From positions 637-64,636 of the forward strand of contig PACC02000043.1 of the NCBI GenBank assembly GCA_002699695.2: 64,000 nt of DNA, read 5' to 3'. This DNA is from Paracoccaceae bacterium (GTDB taxonomy: Bacteria > Pseudomonadota > Alphaproteobacteria > Rhodobacterales > Rhodobacteraceae). The notes under the pieces were generated by a model. It had not been told where the DNA came from. It saw only the letters and a list, made by a program, of their open reading frames with translations, and searched no databases. Below, piece by piece: positions 54,525-64,000 of the stretch; position 1 is the stretch's first letter, and each line of letters starts with the position of its first letter. The translations under genes were made by a program, and so were the position numbers.

Positions 54525-55160
54525 TTGAACACTTCAAGTTTACTAGAGGTCATAAAATTAAAATTTAGCTCTCCAGACTCAAATAACTCGCAACTTGTCA
54601 CAAACTTGGATTACAGTTCAGATTTTGATCTTTCACCGAAAAATCAACACAAACTCAAAGGTCAATTCGGAAAAATAGCTGCGGTCTTTCTTTTACTGAG
54701 AGAAAACCAAGGAGAGGTACAAGTGATCTTCACGAGAAGGTCCAGAAACCTATCATCCCATCCAGGGCAAATTTCTTTTCCGGGAGGGATTGTTGAACCA
54801 GAAGATTCTTCTATCCTGAATGCGGGTCTTAGAGAAGTAAAAGAAGAGATAGGTTTGGATAAAAAAAAGATACAAACGCTGGGAATCTTACGCCCTCATG
54901 AAACATTAAGCAAGTTTTTGATATACCCCTTTGTTGGGATCATAGATAGTGCTTCAGAATTTAAAATGAATATTAGTGAGGTGACTGAAATTTTTGAAGT
55001 TCCCCTAGGCTTTCTATTGAATAGAAAAAATATGAGCGAACACAGGATTCAAAAGAACAAAAAGTACGCTGGATATTATGCTGTACCTTATGGGCCTTAT
55101 TATATTTGGGGTGCAACGGCTAGAATTATTAAGAGTTTTGTAGAGAGGTTTCACGGTTGA
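54525..55160 (+). CDS. CoA pyrophosphatase (NudL-like Nudix)
   Basis: FTRRS..LSSHPGQISFPGG, LREVKEEIGL, IWGATA. Confidence 0.9.
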   Translation: MNTSSLLEVIKLKFSSPDSNNSQLVTNLDYSSDFDLSPKNQHKLKGQFGKIAAVFLLLRENQGEVQVIFTRRSRNLSSHPGQISFPGGIVEPEDSSILNAGLREVKEEIGLDKKKIQTLGILRPHETLSKFLIYPFVGIIDSASEFKMNISEVTEIFEVPLGFLLNRKNMSEHRIQKNKKYAGYYAVPYGPYYIWGATARIIKSFVERFHG

Positions 55161-56449
55161 AAAGTTTAAGGTCAGTACCCAGAGAGAATATTTTCCCCGC
55201 ACCATTTGATGTAAGTTGGTTTTACCAGCCAACCATAAGAAAATTACTTTCTATCCTTCAATCTGAAGGGGCAGAAGTATTTGCAGTGGGCGGCTGTGTA
55301 AGAGATTCTTTTTGGAAAAAAAAAGTAGAAGAAATTGATTTAGCTATCAATATTGATCCTATCCAGGTGAAAGAATTATTGAATAAAATAGATTGCAGAG
55401 TTCTAAATATTGGAATTGAATATGGCACTGTTACAGTAATTCTAGAGGGTTACAAATTTGAAATTACAAGTTTTCGAAAAGACATAAAAACATTTGGCCG
55501 AAAGGCAAAGGTTCAATACTGTGATGACTTGAAAGAAGATGCCAAGAGAAGAGATTTTAGTTTCAATACAATTTATTTGAAGCCAAATGGTTTAATCGTT
55601 GATCCATTAGGAAATTTTTCTGACTTAAGAAGTGGAACAGTAAAATTTGTTGGTGATCCAAATGAACGGATAAATGAGGATCATCTCAGAATTTTAAGAT
55701 ATTTTCGTTTTGTGAGTAGGTTTCCAAATACAAATAAGGCTCCTGACCAGGAAACCTTGAGTACTATCAAAAGAAAAAGACATTTAATCTTAGAATTAAG
55801 TCGAGAAAGAATTTGGAATGAACTAAAATTGATACTGTGTAGCCATTCTATAGATTTAGTCATCAGCTTAATGAACCAAACTGGGTTGCTGGCTCTAATA
55901 TTTCCACAGGCAAGGCTGGATCTAGTACAAAAAATGTCTAAATTAGAAAAAATGTTAGAGAAGATCATCAATAAAGTGAATGAAGGTGGATCTGTTGATC
56001 TCTGCGACCCGATACGCCGTCTTGCCTTACTTTCTAATGGGAGCGATGACTTTCATCAGACGATGTTTTCTTTAGATAAAAAAGAATTAAAGCGTTTGAG
56101 ATTTTATCAACTGCAAGTTAGTAAGATATTTGAGAGTTGTCACTTGATGGGTTTTCGCCATGGTTTACAAAATGGCATTGATTTATTGTTGCTGAGTATG
56201 ACAGTGATTGAGGAACCTGCTAGTTCTAAGATTGAGGAAGAAACCCAAATTATCTTAAAGCGTTGTCATAAGAAAATAGTTGAAGGATCATTCGCAAGAT
56301 TTCCGCTATCAGGCCAAGATCTTTTGAATAAAGGATACTCCGGGAGAAATTTGGGTTTAATTCTTAAGGAATTGGAGACAGCTTGGATAGCATCTGGGTT
56401 TTCTTTAAGCAGATGTCAATTACTTAAGAAAGTTCGATTTATAAAATGA
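55157..56449 (+). CDS. cca: CCA tRNA nucleotidyltransferase (class II)
   Basis: VGGCVRD, YGTV, DAKRRDFSFN, RINEDHLRILRYFRF, SRERI..EL. Confidence 0.88.
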   Translation: MKSLRSVPRENIFPAPFDVSWFYQPTIRKLLSILQSEGAEVFAVGGCVRDSFWKKKVEEIDLAINIDPIQVKELLNKIDCRVLNIGIEYGTVTVILEGYKFEITSFRKDIKTFGRKAKVQYCDDLKEDAKRRDFSFNTIYLKPNGLIVDPLGNFSDLRSGTVKFVGDPNERINEDHLRILRYFRFVSRFPNTNKAPDQETLSTIKRKRHLILELSRERIWNELKLILCSHSIDLVISLMNQTGLLALIFPQARLDLVQKMSKLEKMLEKIINKVNEGGSVDLCDPIRRLALLSNGSDDFHQTMFSLDKKELKRLRFYQLQVSKIFESCHLMGFRHGLQNGIDLLLLSMTVIEEPASSKIEEETQIILKRCHKKIVEGSFARFPLSGQDLLNKGYSGRNLGLILKELETAWIASGFSLSRCQLLKKVRFIK

Positions 56450-57352
56450 TTAAGGCCATTTAGCAATAGGTGGTAGGCTCATTAAAACAGCTTCGGGATT
56501 ATGTCCTGTTTGTAGGCCAAATTGAGTTCCGCGATCGTAGACAAGATTAAATTCAGCATAACGACCTCTTTTTATAAGCTGCCACTCTCGATCTTCAGGC
56601 GTCCATTCTTCTCCGATATGTTTTTTTGTTATAGTGACAAATCCTTCAAGGAAGGCCTTACCAACGTCTCTGGTAAAAGAAAAATCACTTTCCCAATTTC
56701 CTGTATTAAGGTCATCAAAGAAAATCCCACCAACTCCTCTTGGTTCATTCCAATGTTTTATCATAAAGTACTCATCTGCCCATGCCTTAAATTTTGGGTA
56801 ATACTGTTTATTGGTTTTATCACAGGCTTTTTTTAAACACTTATGAAAAAAGTGAGTGTCTGTCTTGTTTTCAATCATAGGATTTAAATCTGAACCACCA
56901 CCAAACCATGTCATAGACGGGGTCCAAAACATTCGGGTATTCATATGGACGGCAGGTGTTTTTGGTGATTGCATGTGGGCCACCAAACTGATTCCAGAAG
57001 CCCAAAATCTTGGGTCATCCTTTAGCCCAGGTATATCATGTCTAGATGAAAGGCTCTTTTGAGCAAGAGGCTCCAAATCTCCATATACTGTAGAAATATT
57101 TACTCCTACCTTTTCAAAAACCCTACCATTTCTCATAACGGACATTACACCACCACCACCATCCTGATTATTTTTTCCTTGCCTAGTGGTATTTTTTCTC
57201 TCAAATTTTCCAGGATCAGAAGGTGGATAGGGACCTGAAACTTGATTTAGCTCAATTTTTTCAAATTCGTCACAAATGATATCCCTTAATTTTTTGAACC
57301 AATTTTGTGCTAGGTTCTTTTCATTCTCGCCTATTTTGGCTTTTGAATTCAT
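56450..57352 (-). CDS. hemF: oxygen-dependent coproporphyrinogen III oxidase
   Basis: FEKVGVN, HMNTR, WFGGGSDL, RGVGGIFFD, RGRYAEFNLVYDRGT.FGL. Confidence 0.96.
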   Translation of the reverse strand: MNSKAKIGENEKNLAQNWFKKLRDIICDEFEKIELNQVSGPYPPSDPGKFERKNTTRQGKNNQDGGGGVMSVMRNGRVFEKVGVNISTVYGDLEPLAQKSLSSRHDIPGLKDDPRFWASGISLVAHMQSPKTPAVHMNTRMFWTPSMTWFGGGSDLNPMIENKTDTHFFHKCLKKACDKTNKQYYPKFKAWADEYFMIKHWNEPRGVGGIFFDDLNTGNWESDFSFTRDVGKAFLEGFVTITKKHIGEEWTPEDREWQLIKRGRYAEFNLVYDRGTQFGLQTGHNPEAVLMSLPPIAKWP

Positions 57353-57480
57353 CGTATAATCCTTTTTACAGTGTCATTGTTGTGACGTAATATAAACATT
57401 ACCATCGAAATCTTTTTAGGTACAATATAAATACTTGCATTGAGCTGTGTCAAAATAGCTATTTGATGATAGGATAAAAT

Positions 57481-58203
57481 ATGAGGCTAGATCGGGCTTT
57501 AGTTGAGCGTGGAATAATTGAAACTAGAGCAAGGGCATGTGATCTAATCAAAGAAGGTTTGGTAAAAGTAAATAACTTTCCAGTCTTGAAACCCTCCCGA
57601 AGTATTAGCTTAGATGATGAAATAGTCGTGGATAAAGAAAATTTTCCATGGGTTAGTCGGGGAGCTAAAAAACTGGATTTTGCTATTCAAGAGTTTGTTC
57701 TCAATCCTAAGGATATGATTGTATTTGATTTAGGAGCCTCAACGGGAGGCTTCACAGAAGTTTTATTAAAATATGGGGCTAAGAGAGTTTATGCGATTGA
57801 TGTTGGGCAAGATCAATTGCATATGAAACTAAAAGCTGATTATCGAGTACGCGACCTATCAGGTTTAGATGTACGCAAGATCGACTACTTAGACTTACCA
57901 AAACCTGAATGGATTGTTGCTGATTTATCTTTCATATCACTTACAAAAGCTCTCCCAAGAATTATGGCAAGAGCTTCATTGGGAGCCAAAATAATTTGTC
58001 TCATCAAACCTCAGTTCGAATTATCGAAAAAAAATATTGGGAAGAATGGTGTTGTGAAGTGTGAAGATTTAAGAAGATTCGCTGTAAAAAATGTTGTTAA
58101 CTTTTTTTGTCAGGATAATTGGAAGGTTTTGGAAATTACATCAAGTCCGATATTGGGACGTTCCGGGAATATGGAATTTCTATTGTTAGCAAAGAAATAT
58201 TGA
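57481..58203 (+). CDS. tlyA: TlyA family rRNA 2'-O-methyltransferase
   Basis: RLD S4 domain, VSRGAKKL, DLGASTGGFT, DLSFISL, LIKPQFE, GNMEF. Confidence 0.93.
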   Translation: MRLDRALVERGIIETRARACDLIKEGLVKVNNFPVLKPSRSISLDDEIVVDKENFPWVSRGAKKLDFAIQEFVLNPKDMIVFDLGASTGGFTEVLLKYGAKRVYAIDVGQDQLHMKLKADYRVRDLSGLDVRKIDYLDLPKPEWIVADLSFISLTKALPRIMARASLGAKIICLIKPQFELSKKNIGKNGVVKCEDLRRFAVKNVVNFFCQDNWKVLEITSSPILGRSGNMEFLLLAKKY

Positions 58204-58210
58204 TTGCAGA

Positions 58211-59293
58211 TTATCCTATTTGGCCCCGGTTTATCAAATATTGATCTAACAAAACACAAGCCATCATTGCCTCTCCAACAGGGACAGCCCTTATCCCTAC
58301 GCAAGGATCGTGTCTCCCTTTTGTTATAACTTCTACTTCGTCACCACTCTCATCGATCGACAGCTTGGAGGTAGCGATTGACGATGTAGGTTTTACGGCA
58401 AATCGGGTGACTATATCCTGGCCTGTTGAAATTCCACCTAGTATGCCGCCAGCATTATTTGAGAGGAAAACTGGTTCATTATTATCGTTTATCCTTATCT
58501 CATCAGCATTTTCTTTTCCAGTAGATGAGGCGGACATAATGCCATTACCTATTTCTACAGCTTTTACAGCGTTGATGGACATCATGGCTGAAGCTATTTG
58601 GGCATCTAGCTTATTGTAAATTGGAGATCCTAGTCCGATAGGAACATTTTTGGCTAAGATTTCAATAATTGCCCCAACAGAATTTTTATTTTTTCGAGTT
58701 TTATCTAAGTAATCAGCCCATTTACTCACTGTATGCTTGTCAGGTGACCAAAAAGGATTCTGAGATATTGTAGAAATATCAAAATTTTTCCGATCAATTT
58801 CATGTTCTCCAATTCTTACTAAATACCCGATTATATCTAAGTTTGGAACTAGTTTTCTTAGTACTAATCGAGCAACAGACCCTGCGGCTACTCTAACAGC
58901 AGTTTCTCTTGCTGATGCTCTACCGCCACCGCGGTAATCTCTGATACCATATTTCTTATGATAGGTAATATCTGCATGTCCAGGTCGAAAAGAAGTTGCT
59001 ATATTTGAATAGTCTTTAGATCTCTGGTCTAAGTTTTGGACTACAATCTGTATAGGGGTGCCTGTAGTTTTCCCTTCGAATGTTCCTGACAATATTTCAA
59101 CGGTATCTGCCTCTTTTCTTTGGGTTGTATATTTACTTTGACCTGGCTTCCTTTTGTCCATGAAAACTTGAATCATAGATTCAGAAATTTCTATATTTGG
59201 AGGACATCCATCTATAGTTACTCCTATTGCTTTGCCATGACTTTCTCCCCACGTAGAGAAGCGAAACAAATGTCCAAAACTGTTCATTGACAT
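58211..59293 (-). CDS. aroC: chorismate synthase
   Basis: [42 protein letters not shown]. Confidence 0.97.
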   Translation of the reverse strand: MSMNSFGHLFRFSTWGESHGKAIGVTIDGCPPNIEISESMIQVFMDKRKPGQSKYTTQRKEADTVEILSGTFEGKTTGTPIQIVVQNLDQRSKDYSNIATSFRPGHADITYHKKYGIRDYRGGGRASARETAVRVAAGSVARLVLRKLVPNLDIIGYLVRIGEHEIDRKNFDISTISQNPFWSPDKHTVSKWADYLDKTRKNKNSVGAIIEILAKNVPIGLGSPIYNKLDAQIASAMMSINAVKAVEIGNGIMSASSTGKENADEIRINDNNEPVFLSNNAGGILGGISTGQDIVTRFAVKPTSSIATSKLSIDESGDEVEVITKGRHDPCVGIRAVPVGEAMMACVLLDQYLINRGQIG

Positions 59294-59410
59294 GGCTGGC
59301 CTTTAGGAAATTCAGATGCAAAAATACTTTTCAAAGCTAACATTGTATATTAGTTAGCTAGTATCATCAAATACTTAAAAACACATATTTCTTGTAGATT
59401 TGATGCTTTC

Positions 59411-60199
59411 TTATGCTTGCCTTTTTTTAATATTCGCCCATAGCTTCTTATTGGTGAAGTATAGTAGAATGGCTAAAACTATCAAATAAAGGGCGGCTGT
59501 GAATCCAAATTCTTTACGAGCATTTAATTTTGGTTCTGCTGCCCACATTAAAAATGCTGCGACATCTTTTGCTTCCTGTTCAATTGAAGCTTCGGTCCCA
59601 TCAATATACTCGACATCATCTCCCCAAAGAGGTTGGGCCATGCCTATCCAGTTTCCAGGGAAATATTTGTTTTCATAAAGAGTTGTTCCGGCTTGTTCTT
59701 TTTCTTCTTCTGTATAACCTTTCAATAAGTTTACAATGTATTCTGGTCCGCCCATACCTTTTAGGAGCTGGTTTATTCCAGTCCCATAGGGTCCATGAAA
59801 ACCCGCACGTGCTTTTGCTATTAAACTTAGGTCAGGGGCATTTTCAATCCCTGAAACTGGAAATTTGTCTGAGGGCCTTCCTTCTCTATAGTCATCAAGT
59901 TCAGGGTCATAAATCTCATATTCAGCTGCATAGGCTTTTACTTGCTTAGGAGTTAATTCAGGTCCTCCTGAATCTCCTAAAGTTCTGAAAGCTACTTGAC
60001 GCAAACCATGACAGCCTGAGCATACCTCAGTGAAGACTTGTAAACCTCTTTGAAGTTGGTTTCTTTCATAAGTACCCAGAGGACCCTCAAAAGAAAAATC
60101 TATGTCCTCAATTCTTTGGGTTTTTTCTGCGGCAAAGGCTGGAACACTTAAGAGTAAGCTAAATGTTAAATAAAAAAATGAGAGACAGTTTTTTTTCAT
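59411..60199 (-). CDS. petC: cytochrome c1
   Basis: Signal peptide, LQRGLQV..EVCSGCH, PDLS, Met ligand, C-terminal TM anchor. Confidence 0.96.
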   Translation of the reverse strand: MKKNCLSFFYLTFSLLLSVPAFAAEKTQRIEDIDFSFEGPLGTYERNQLQRGLQVFTEVCSGCHGLRQVAFRTLGDSGGPELTPKQVKAYAAEYEIYDPELDDYREGRPSDKFPVSGIENAPDLSLIAKARAGFHGPYGTGINQLLKGMGGPEYIVNLLKGYTEEEKEQAGTTLYENKYFPGNWIGMAQPLWGDDVEYIDGTEASIEQEAKDVAAFLMWAAEPKLNARKEFGFTAALYLIVLAILLYFTNKKLWANIKKRQA

Positions 60200-60236
60200 A
60201 GGATTATTTTCATGTGGGAGTTTCTGGTTACTTTAC

Positions 60237-61598
60237 TTACTCAGGGGCTATATTGCTTTTCTTTTTGACATCATTGTCAGGGCTATGGATTCCTCTTTTT
60301 TTGTTTTGAAGTATCACAGCTTCTTCAATAGTTTCAGGTTCTTGATCAGGAGTTTCAATAAGACCTAACAAAGGGAGTAATACCAGGAAATAAGCAAACC
60401 AATAAGCACTGCCTATGAGTGCAATAGTAGCATAAGGTTCTTCAGCTGGCATTGCTCCGCACCACATCAATACAAAGAAGTCTATAACCAAAAGGGCAAA
60501 CCACCACTTGAATTGTGGTCTATATCTTCCTGATCTTACTGAAGAAGTATCCAGCCATGGAGCAAGTGCCATGACAATTATAGCTCCAAACATAGCTATT
60601 ATGCCAAATAGTTTTGCGGTAACTATACCCCCGCTCAAGAAAGTGGCTAGTTGTACAACCCATACTTCTGCTGTGAAGGCCCTTAATATAGCATAAAAAG
60701 GAAGTAAGTACCATTCAGGTACAATATGTGCTGGGGTTACAAGAGCATTTGCTTCGATATAATTGTCAGGATGACCTAAGTAATTTGGCATAAATGCAAC
60801 AACAGATACAAATGCAATTAATATAACTACAAGTGCAAACATATCTTTGATAACGTAATAAGGCCAAAAAGGTACTGTGTCTTTTTGAGCATCTTCTTTT
60901 GACGTTCTCCGAACTTCTACCCCTGTCGGATTATTATTACCTGTAGTATGAAATGCCCATATGTGAAGTATTACCAAGCCAAGAATAACAAAAGGGAGTA
61001 AATAATGGAGACTAAAAAACCTATTTAGAGTTGCATTATCTACTGCAGGACCACCTAAAAGCCATACTTGAAAAGGTTCACCGACTACTGGGATTGCTCC
61101 AAAAAGACTTGTTATAACCGTAGCACCCCAAAAGGACATTTGTCCCCAAGGCAAGACATATCCCATGAAAACAGTTGCCATCATTGCTACATAAATGAGC
61201 ATGCCAAGTATCCAAGTGATTTCTCTTGGTTCTTTATAGGATCCATAAAATAATCCTCTGAATATATGCATGTAAACAGCAATGAAAAATAGGGAGGCCC
61301 CATTTGCATGTATATAGCGTATGGCCCAGCCAGCATTTACATTTCTCATGATATGCTCAACACTATCAAAAGCATGATCTACGTGTGGAGTATAATGCAT
61401 AACCAAGACAATGCCGGTAATGATCTGGAGAGTTAAGCAAAAGGTAAGAACAATTCCCCAAATCCACATCCAGTTTAAATTTTTTGGTGTTGGAATCATG
61501 AGTGTGTCATGAATAAGTCCAAAAATTGGTAATCTCTTGTGCATCCAAGATTGAAAACCTGGTTTTGGTTTATAGTGATCGTGAGGAATTTCACCCAT
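60237..61598 (-). CDS. petB: cytochrome b
   Basis: [35 protein letters not shown]. Confidence 0.98.
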   Translation of the reverse strand: MGEIPHDHYKPKPGFQSWMHKRLPIFGLIHDTLMIPTPKNLNWMWIWGIVLTFCLTLQIITGIVLVMHYTPHVDHAFDSVEHIMRNVNAGWAIRYIHANGASLFFIAVYMHIFRGLFYGSYKEPREITWILGMLIYVAMMATVFMGYVLPWGQMSFWGATVITSLFGAIPVVGEPFQVWLLGGPAVDNATLNRFFSLHYLLPFVILGLVILHIWAFHTTGNNNPTGVEVRRTSKEDAQKDTVPFWPYYVIKDMFALVVILIAFVSVVAFMPNYLGHPDNYIEANALVTPAHIVPEWYLLPFYAILRAFTAEVWVVQLATFLSGGIVTAKLFGIIAMFGAIIVMALAPWLDTSSVRSGRYRPQFKWWFALLVIDFFVLMWCGAMPAEEPYATIALIGSAYWFAYFLVLLPLLGLIETPDQEPETIEEAVILQNKKRGIHSPDNDVKKKSNIAPE

Positions 61599-61610
61599 TA
61601 TTTTTTCCTT

Positions 61611-62168
61611 TTAACCAAGTTTAATAATTAAATCTTCGATGAATTCAGCCTTAGGAACAATAAGATTCTTGGGTGCAGGTCCCTTTCGAATCCTACCAGC
61701 CGTGTCATAGTGTGAGCCGTGACAAGGGCAAAACCAGCCGTTGAAATCTCCTGCTTCTGCCAAAGGTACACAGCCTAGATGGGTGCAAACTCCCACCATA
61801 ACCAACCATTCTCCTGCTTCATCCAATGTTCGATTTTCATCGCTAGCATCAGTATTTGGTTTGTTTTTATTATCTGATAGAGGATCTGGCAAAGTTTCTA
61901 AATCCACTGCTCTGGCAGCCTGAATTTCCTCTTCAGTTCGCCTTCTAATAAATACTGGTTTACCTAGCCACTTTATTGTTATTTGAGATCCTGGCTCAAC
62001 GTCTGCAACATCAACTTCAATTGATGACAGGGCTTGCACATCAGCAGACGGATTCATTTGATCAATTAGAGGCCATATAGCTGCAGCAGTAGTAATTGTA
62101 CCAGCTGCTGCTGTAGCAACGTAAATGAAATCTCTTCTAGAAGGTTCCTTGCTTTCAGTTTCTGACAT
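61611..62168 (-). CDS. petA: Rieske iron-sulfur subunit of the bc1 complex
   Basis: Tat motif SRRDF, CTHLGC, CPCHGS. Confidence 0.98.
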   Translation of the reverse strand: MSETESKEPSRRDFIYVATAAAGTITTAAAIWPLIDQMNPSADVQALSSIEVDVADVEPGSQITIKWLGKPVFIRRRTEEEIQAARAVDLETLPDPLSDNKNKPNTDASDENRTLDEAGEWLVMVGVCTHLGCVPLAEAGDFNGWFCPCHGSHYDTAGRIRKGPAPKNLIVPKAEFIEDLIIKLG

Positions 62169-62293
62169 TTCTGTCTCCTAATCCCTTTATGAGGTACTTG
62201 GCAACCAATGGCTTCACTTAATTCCTTGGAATGTGATATATAACCTTATTCAATGTGAGTCTAGCAGACTTTCCGACGCAGGTGGCATTATAG

Positions 62294-62755
62294 ATGAAGT
62301 CAATCGATTTGAGGCTGGCAGTTTACCAGCCCGATATCCCTCAAAATCTAGGTTCTATGATAAGATTAGCAGCTTGTTTTGGTGTTAAAATGGATATAAT
62401 TGGCCCATGTGGTTTTCCATTTTCAAAGGCTGTATTGAAGAGAACGGCGATGGATTACTTGGATGTAGCTAAAATTGACCATCACTCAAGTTACGATTTT
62501 TTCAGAACTAATATACCCTCTTCAAGCAGATTGGTCCTTCTTACTGTCCAAGCATCAGTCAGTATTTGGGATTATAAGTTCAAACCAAATGATACAATAG
62601 TCGTTGGTCGAGAAAGTGTTGGGGTGCCTGACTTAATTAGGAAAGAAATTAAGGATCAAATCAGAATACCTATGGTTCCTTCAGTCAGATGTCTTAATGT
62701 GGCAAATGCTGCATCAATAGCTTTGGCTGAAGCGACAAGGCAAATAGGAATGTGA
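62294..62755 (+). CDS. trmL: tRNA (cytidine(34)-2'-O)-methyltransferase
   Basis: PDIPQN.G, AMDY, GRES.GVP, IPM....RCLNVA (SPOUT). Confidence 0.92.
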   Translation: MKSIDLRLAVYQPDIPQNLGSMIRLAACFGVKMDIIGPCGFPFSKAVLKRTAMDYLDVAKIDHHSSYDFFRTNIPSSSRLVLLTVQASVSIWDYKFKPNDTIVVGRESVGVPDLIRKEIKDQIRIPMVPSVRCLNVANAASIALAEATRQIGM

Positions 62756-62870
62756 ACAATATCTAGTTTGATTAATACGAGTTGATTCCTAACTTGCTAA
62801 ATTGGCCATGGTTTATTATCGTCATTGAAGTTTTAACTTTATTGGCTGTAAATGAACTTTCGAGGTATAT

Positions 62871-64000
62871 ATGGATAAGAAAATTGAAAATATTGATTTA
62901 CGTTCTCTATTGGCTGATACCAGTTTGCTTAGGAGCCAGGCTTACATTGCTGGGGAATGGGTTGATTCAAATTCAAATAAGACTTTCAATGTAATTGATC
63001 CTGCCAGCTCGCAGACTATTACTACTGTTCCCGATCTTGGTGTAGAGGAGGCTCGATCTGCTATAGACGCTGCCTACGAGGCTCAGAAAAGCTGGTCTAT
63101 TAAAACTGGGAAAGAAAGAGCTGCAATTATTCAAAAATTCTATCATTTAATGCTTGAAAACGCTGATGACCTAGCAAAAATTCTTACGGCGGAAATGGGA
63201 AAACCATTGTCCGAAGCAAAAGGTGAAATAACATATGGGGCTAGTTTCTTGGAGTTTTACGCGGAAGAAGCTAAAAGGATTTATGGGGAAACTATACCTG
63301 GTCACCAAGCGGATAAAAAGCTTTTGGTGATCAAGCAACCAATAGGTGTTGTGACCTCTATCACTCCTTGGAATTTTCCAAATGCCATGATTACCAGAAA
63401 ACTGGGTCCTGCATTAGCTGCTGGTTGCACTTTTGTTGCTAAACCGGCTGCAGAGACTCCTTTGTCTGCTTTGGCTATTGCAGTTTTGGCTGAGAGAGCA
63501 GGATTGCCTAAAGGAGTTTTCTCAATGGTTACCTCTAAGCAGTCTAAACTGATTGGCGAAGAATTTTGTTCGAATTCAAAAGTTCGAAAACTGACTTTTA
63601 CTGGTTCAACAGAGGTTGGTAGGGTTTTGCTTAAGCAAGGATCTGAACAAGTCTTAAAAATGTCCATGGAACTTGGAGGGAATGCTCCATTTATAGTATT
63701 CGATGATGCCGATTTGGATGCTGCGGTCGAAGGTGCAATAATTTCTAAATATCGAAATAATGGACAAACTTGTGTGTGTGCAAATAGGATTTATGTCCAA
63801 GACGATATTTATAATGCATTTGCAGAGAAGTTGAGTAAAGCGGTACAAAAATTCAATGTAGGCAGTGGTTTTGATAATAATGTGACTCTGGGTCCACTAA
63901 TTACTGAAGATGCAGTTCTTAAGGTTGAGCAGCATATACAGGATGCTATTTCCAAAGGAGCAAAGTTGGTTTCGGGAGGGAAAAGACACAGTCTTGGGGG
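62871..64000 (+). CDS. gabD: NAD(P)-dependent succinate-semialdehyde dehydrogenase, truncated by the window end
   Basis: Not in the ORF track. Translated by hand from ATG 62871: AYIAGEW, ITPWNFPNAMITRK, FTGSTEVG, MELGGNAP, YRNNGQTCVC. Confidence 0.93.
   Translation, partial: MDKKIENIDLRSLLADTSLLRSQAYIAGEWVDSNSNKTFNVIDPASSQTITTVPDLGVEEARSAIDAAYEAQKSWSIKTGKERAAIIQKFYHLMLENADDLAKILTAEMGKPLSEAKGEITYGASFLEFYAEEAKRIYGETIPGHQADKKLLVIKQPIGVVTSITPWNFPNAMITRKLGPALAAGCTFVAKPAAETPLSALAIAVLAERAGLPKGVFSMVTSKQSKLIGEEFCSNSKVRKLTFTGSTEVGRVLLKQGSEQVLKMSMELGGNAPFIVFDDADLDAAVEGAIISKYRNNGQTCVCANRIYVQDDIYNAFAEKLSKAVQKFNVGSGFDNNVTLGPLITEDAVLKVEQHIQDAISKGAKLVSGGKRHSLG

Noticed and set aside
62782..62994. 70-aa hydrophobic ORF before gabD
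   Set aside because: Overlaps gabD (ATG 62871) out of frame; TTG start with no other support.
63302..63848. Two minus-strand ORFs near the window end
   Set aside because: Antisense shadows of gabD.

Overview
A gene-dense, AT-rich chromosomal segment (roughly one-third GC by eye). Protein sequences and gene neighbourhoods (regA-senC/regB, petABC, dapB/rbfA-truB, pip/ubiG, ribA/cenR-xth) point to a streamlined, probably marine, Rhodobacterales-like alphaproteobacterium. It holds about 65 mostly housekeeping CDSs: glycerol catabolism (glpDK), a HAAT-family ABC importer, aroQ/aroC, kynU, matB, ribA, ftsK-lolA, RegBA-SenC, folC-accD, fadH, ubiG and a UbiH/L-type hydroxylase, hemH/hemF, pnp-rpsO-truB-rbfA, hslO, cca, petABC and a partial gabD. 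I see no tRNA, rRNA, CRISPR, IS or prophage. The most notable observations are: (i) an Exonuclease I with a Cys/His-rich tail sits between tsaE and trxA, where amgK-murU-addB-addA normally lies; (ii) a CenR-like regulator has Asn at its phosphoacceptor position; (iii) three genes, including folC, have conserved N-termini upstream of any in-frame ATG/GTG/TTG, implying CTG/ATA/ATT initiation; (iv) a coupled class IV aminotransferase plus sulfotransferase-like pair of unknown function; (v) apparent local loss of grxC-comF. All annotation comes from motif recognition and recalled synteny; no searches were run.
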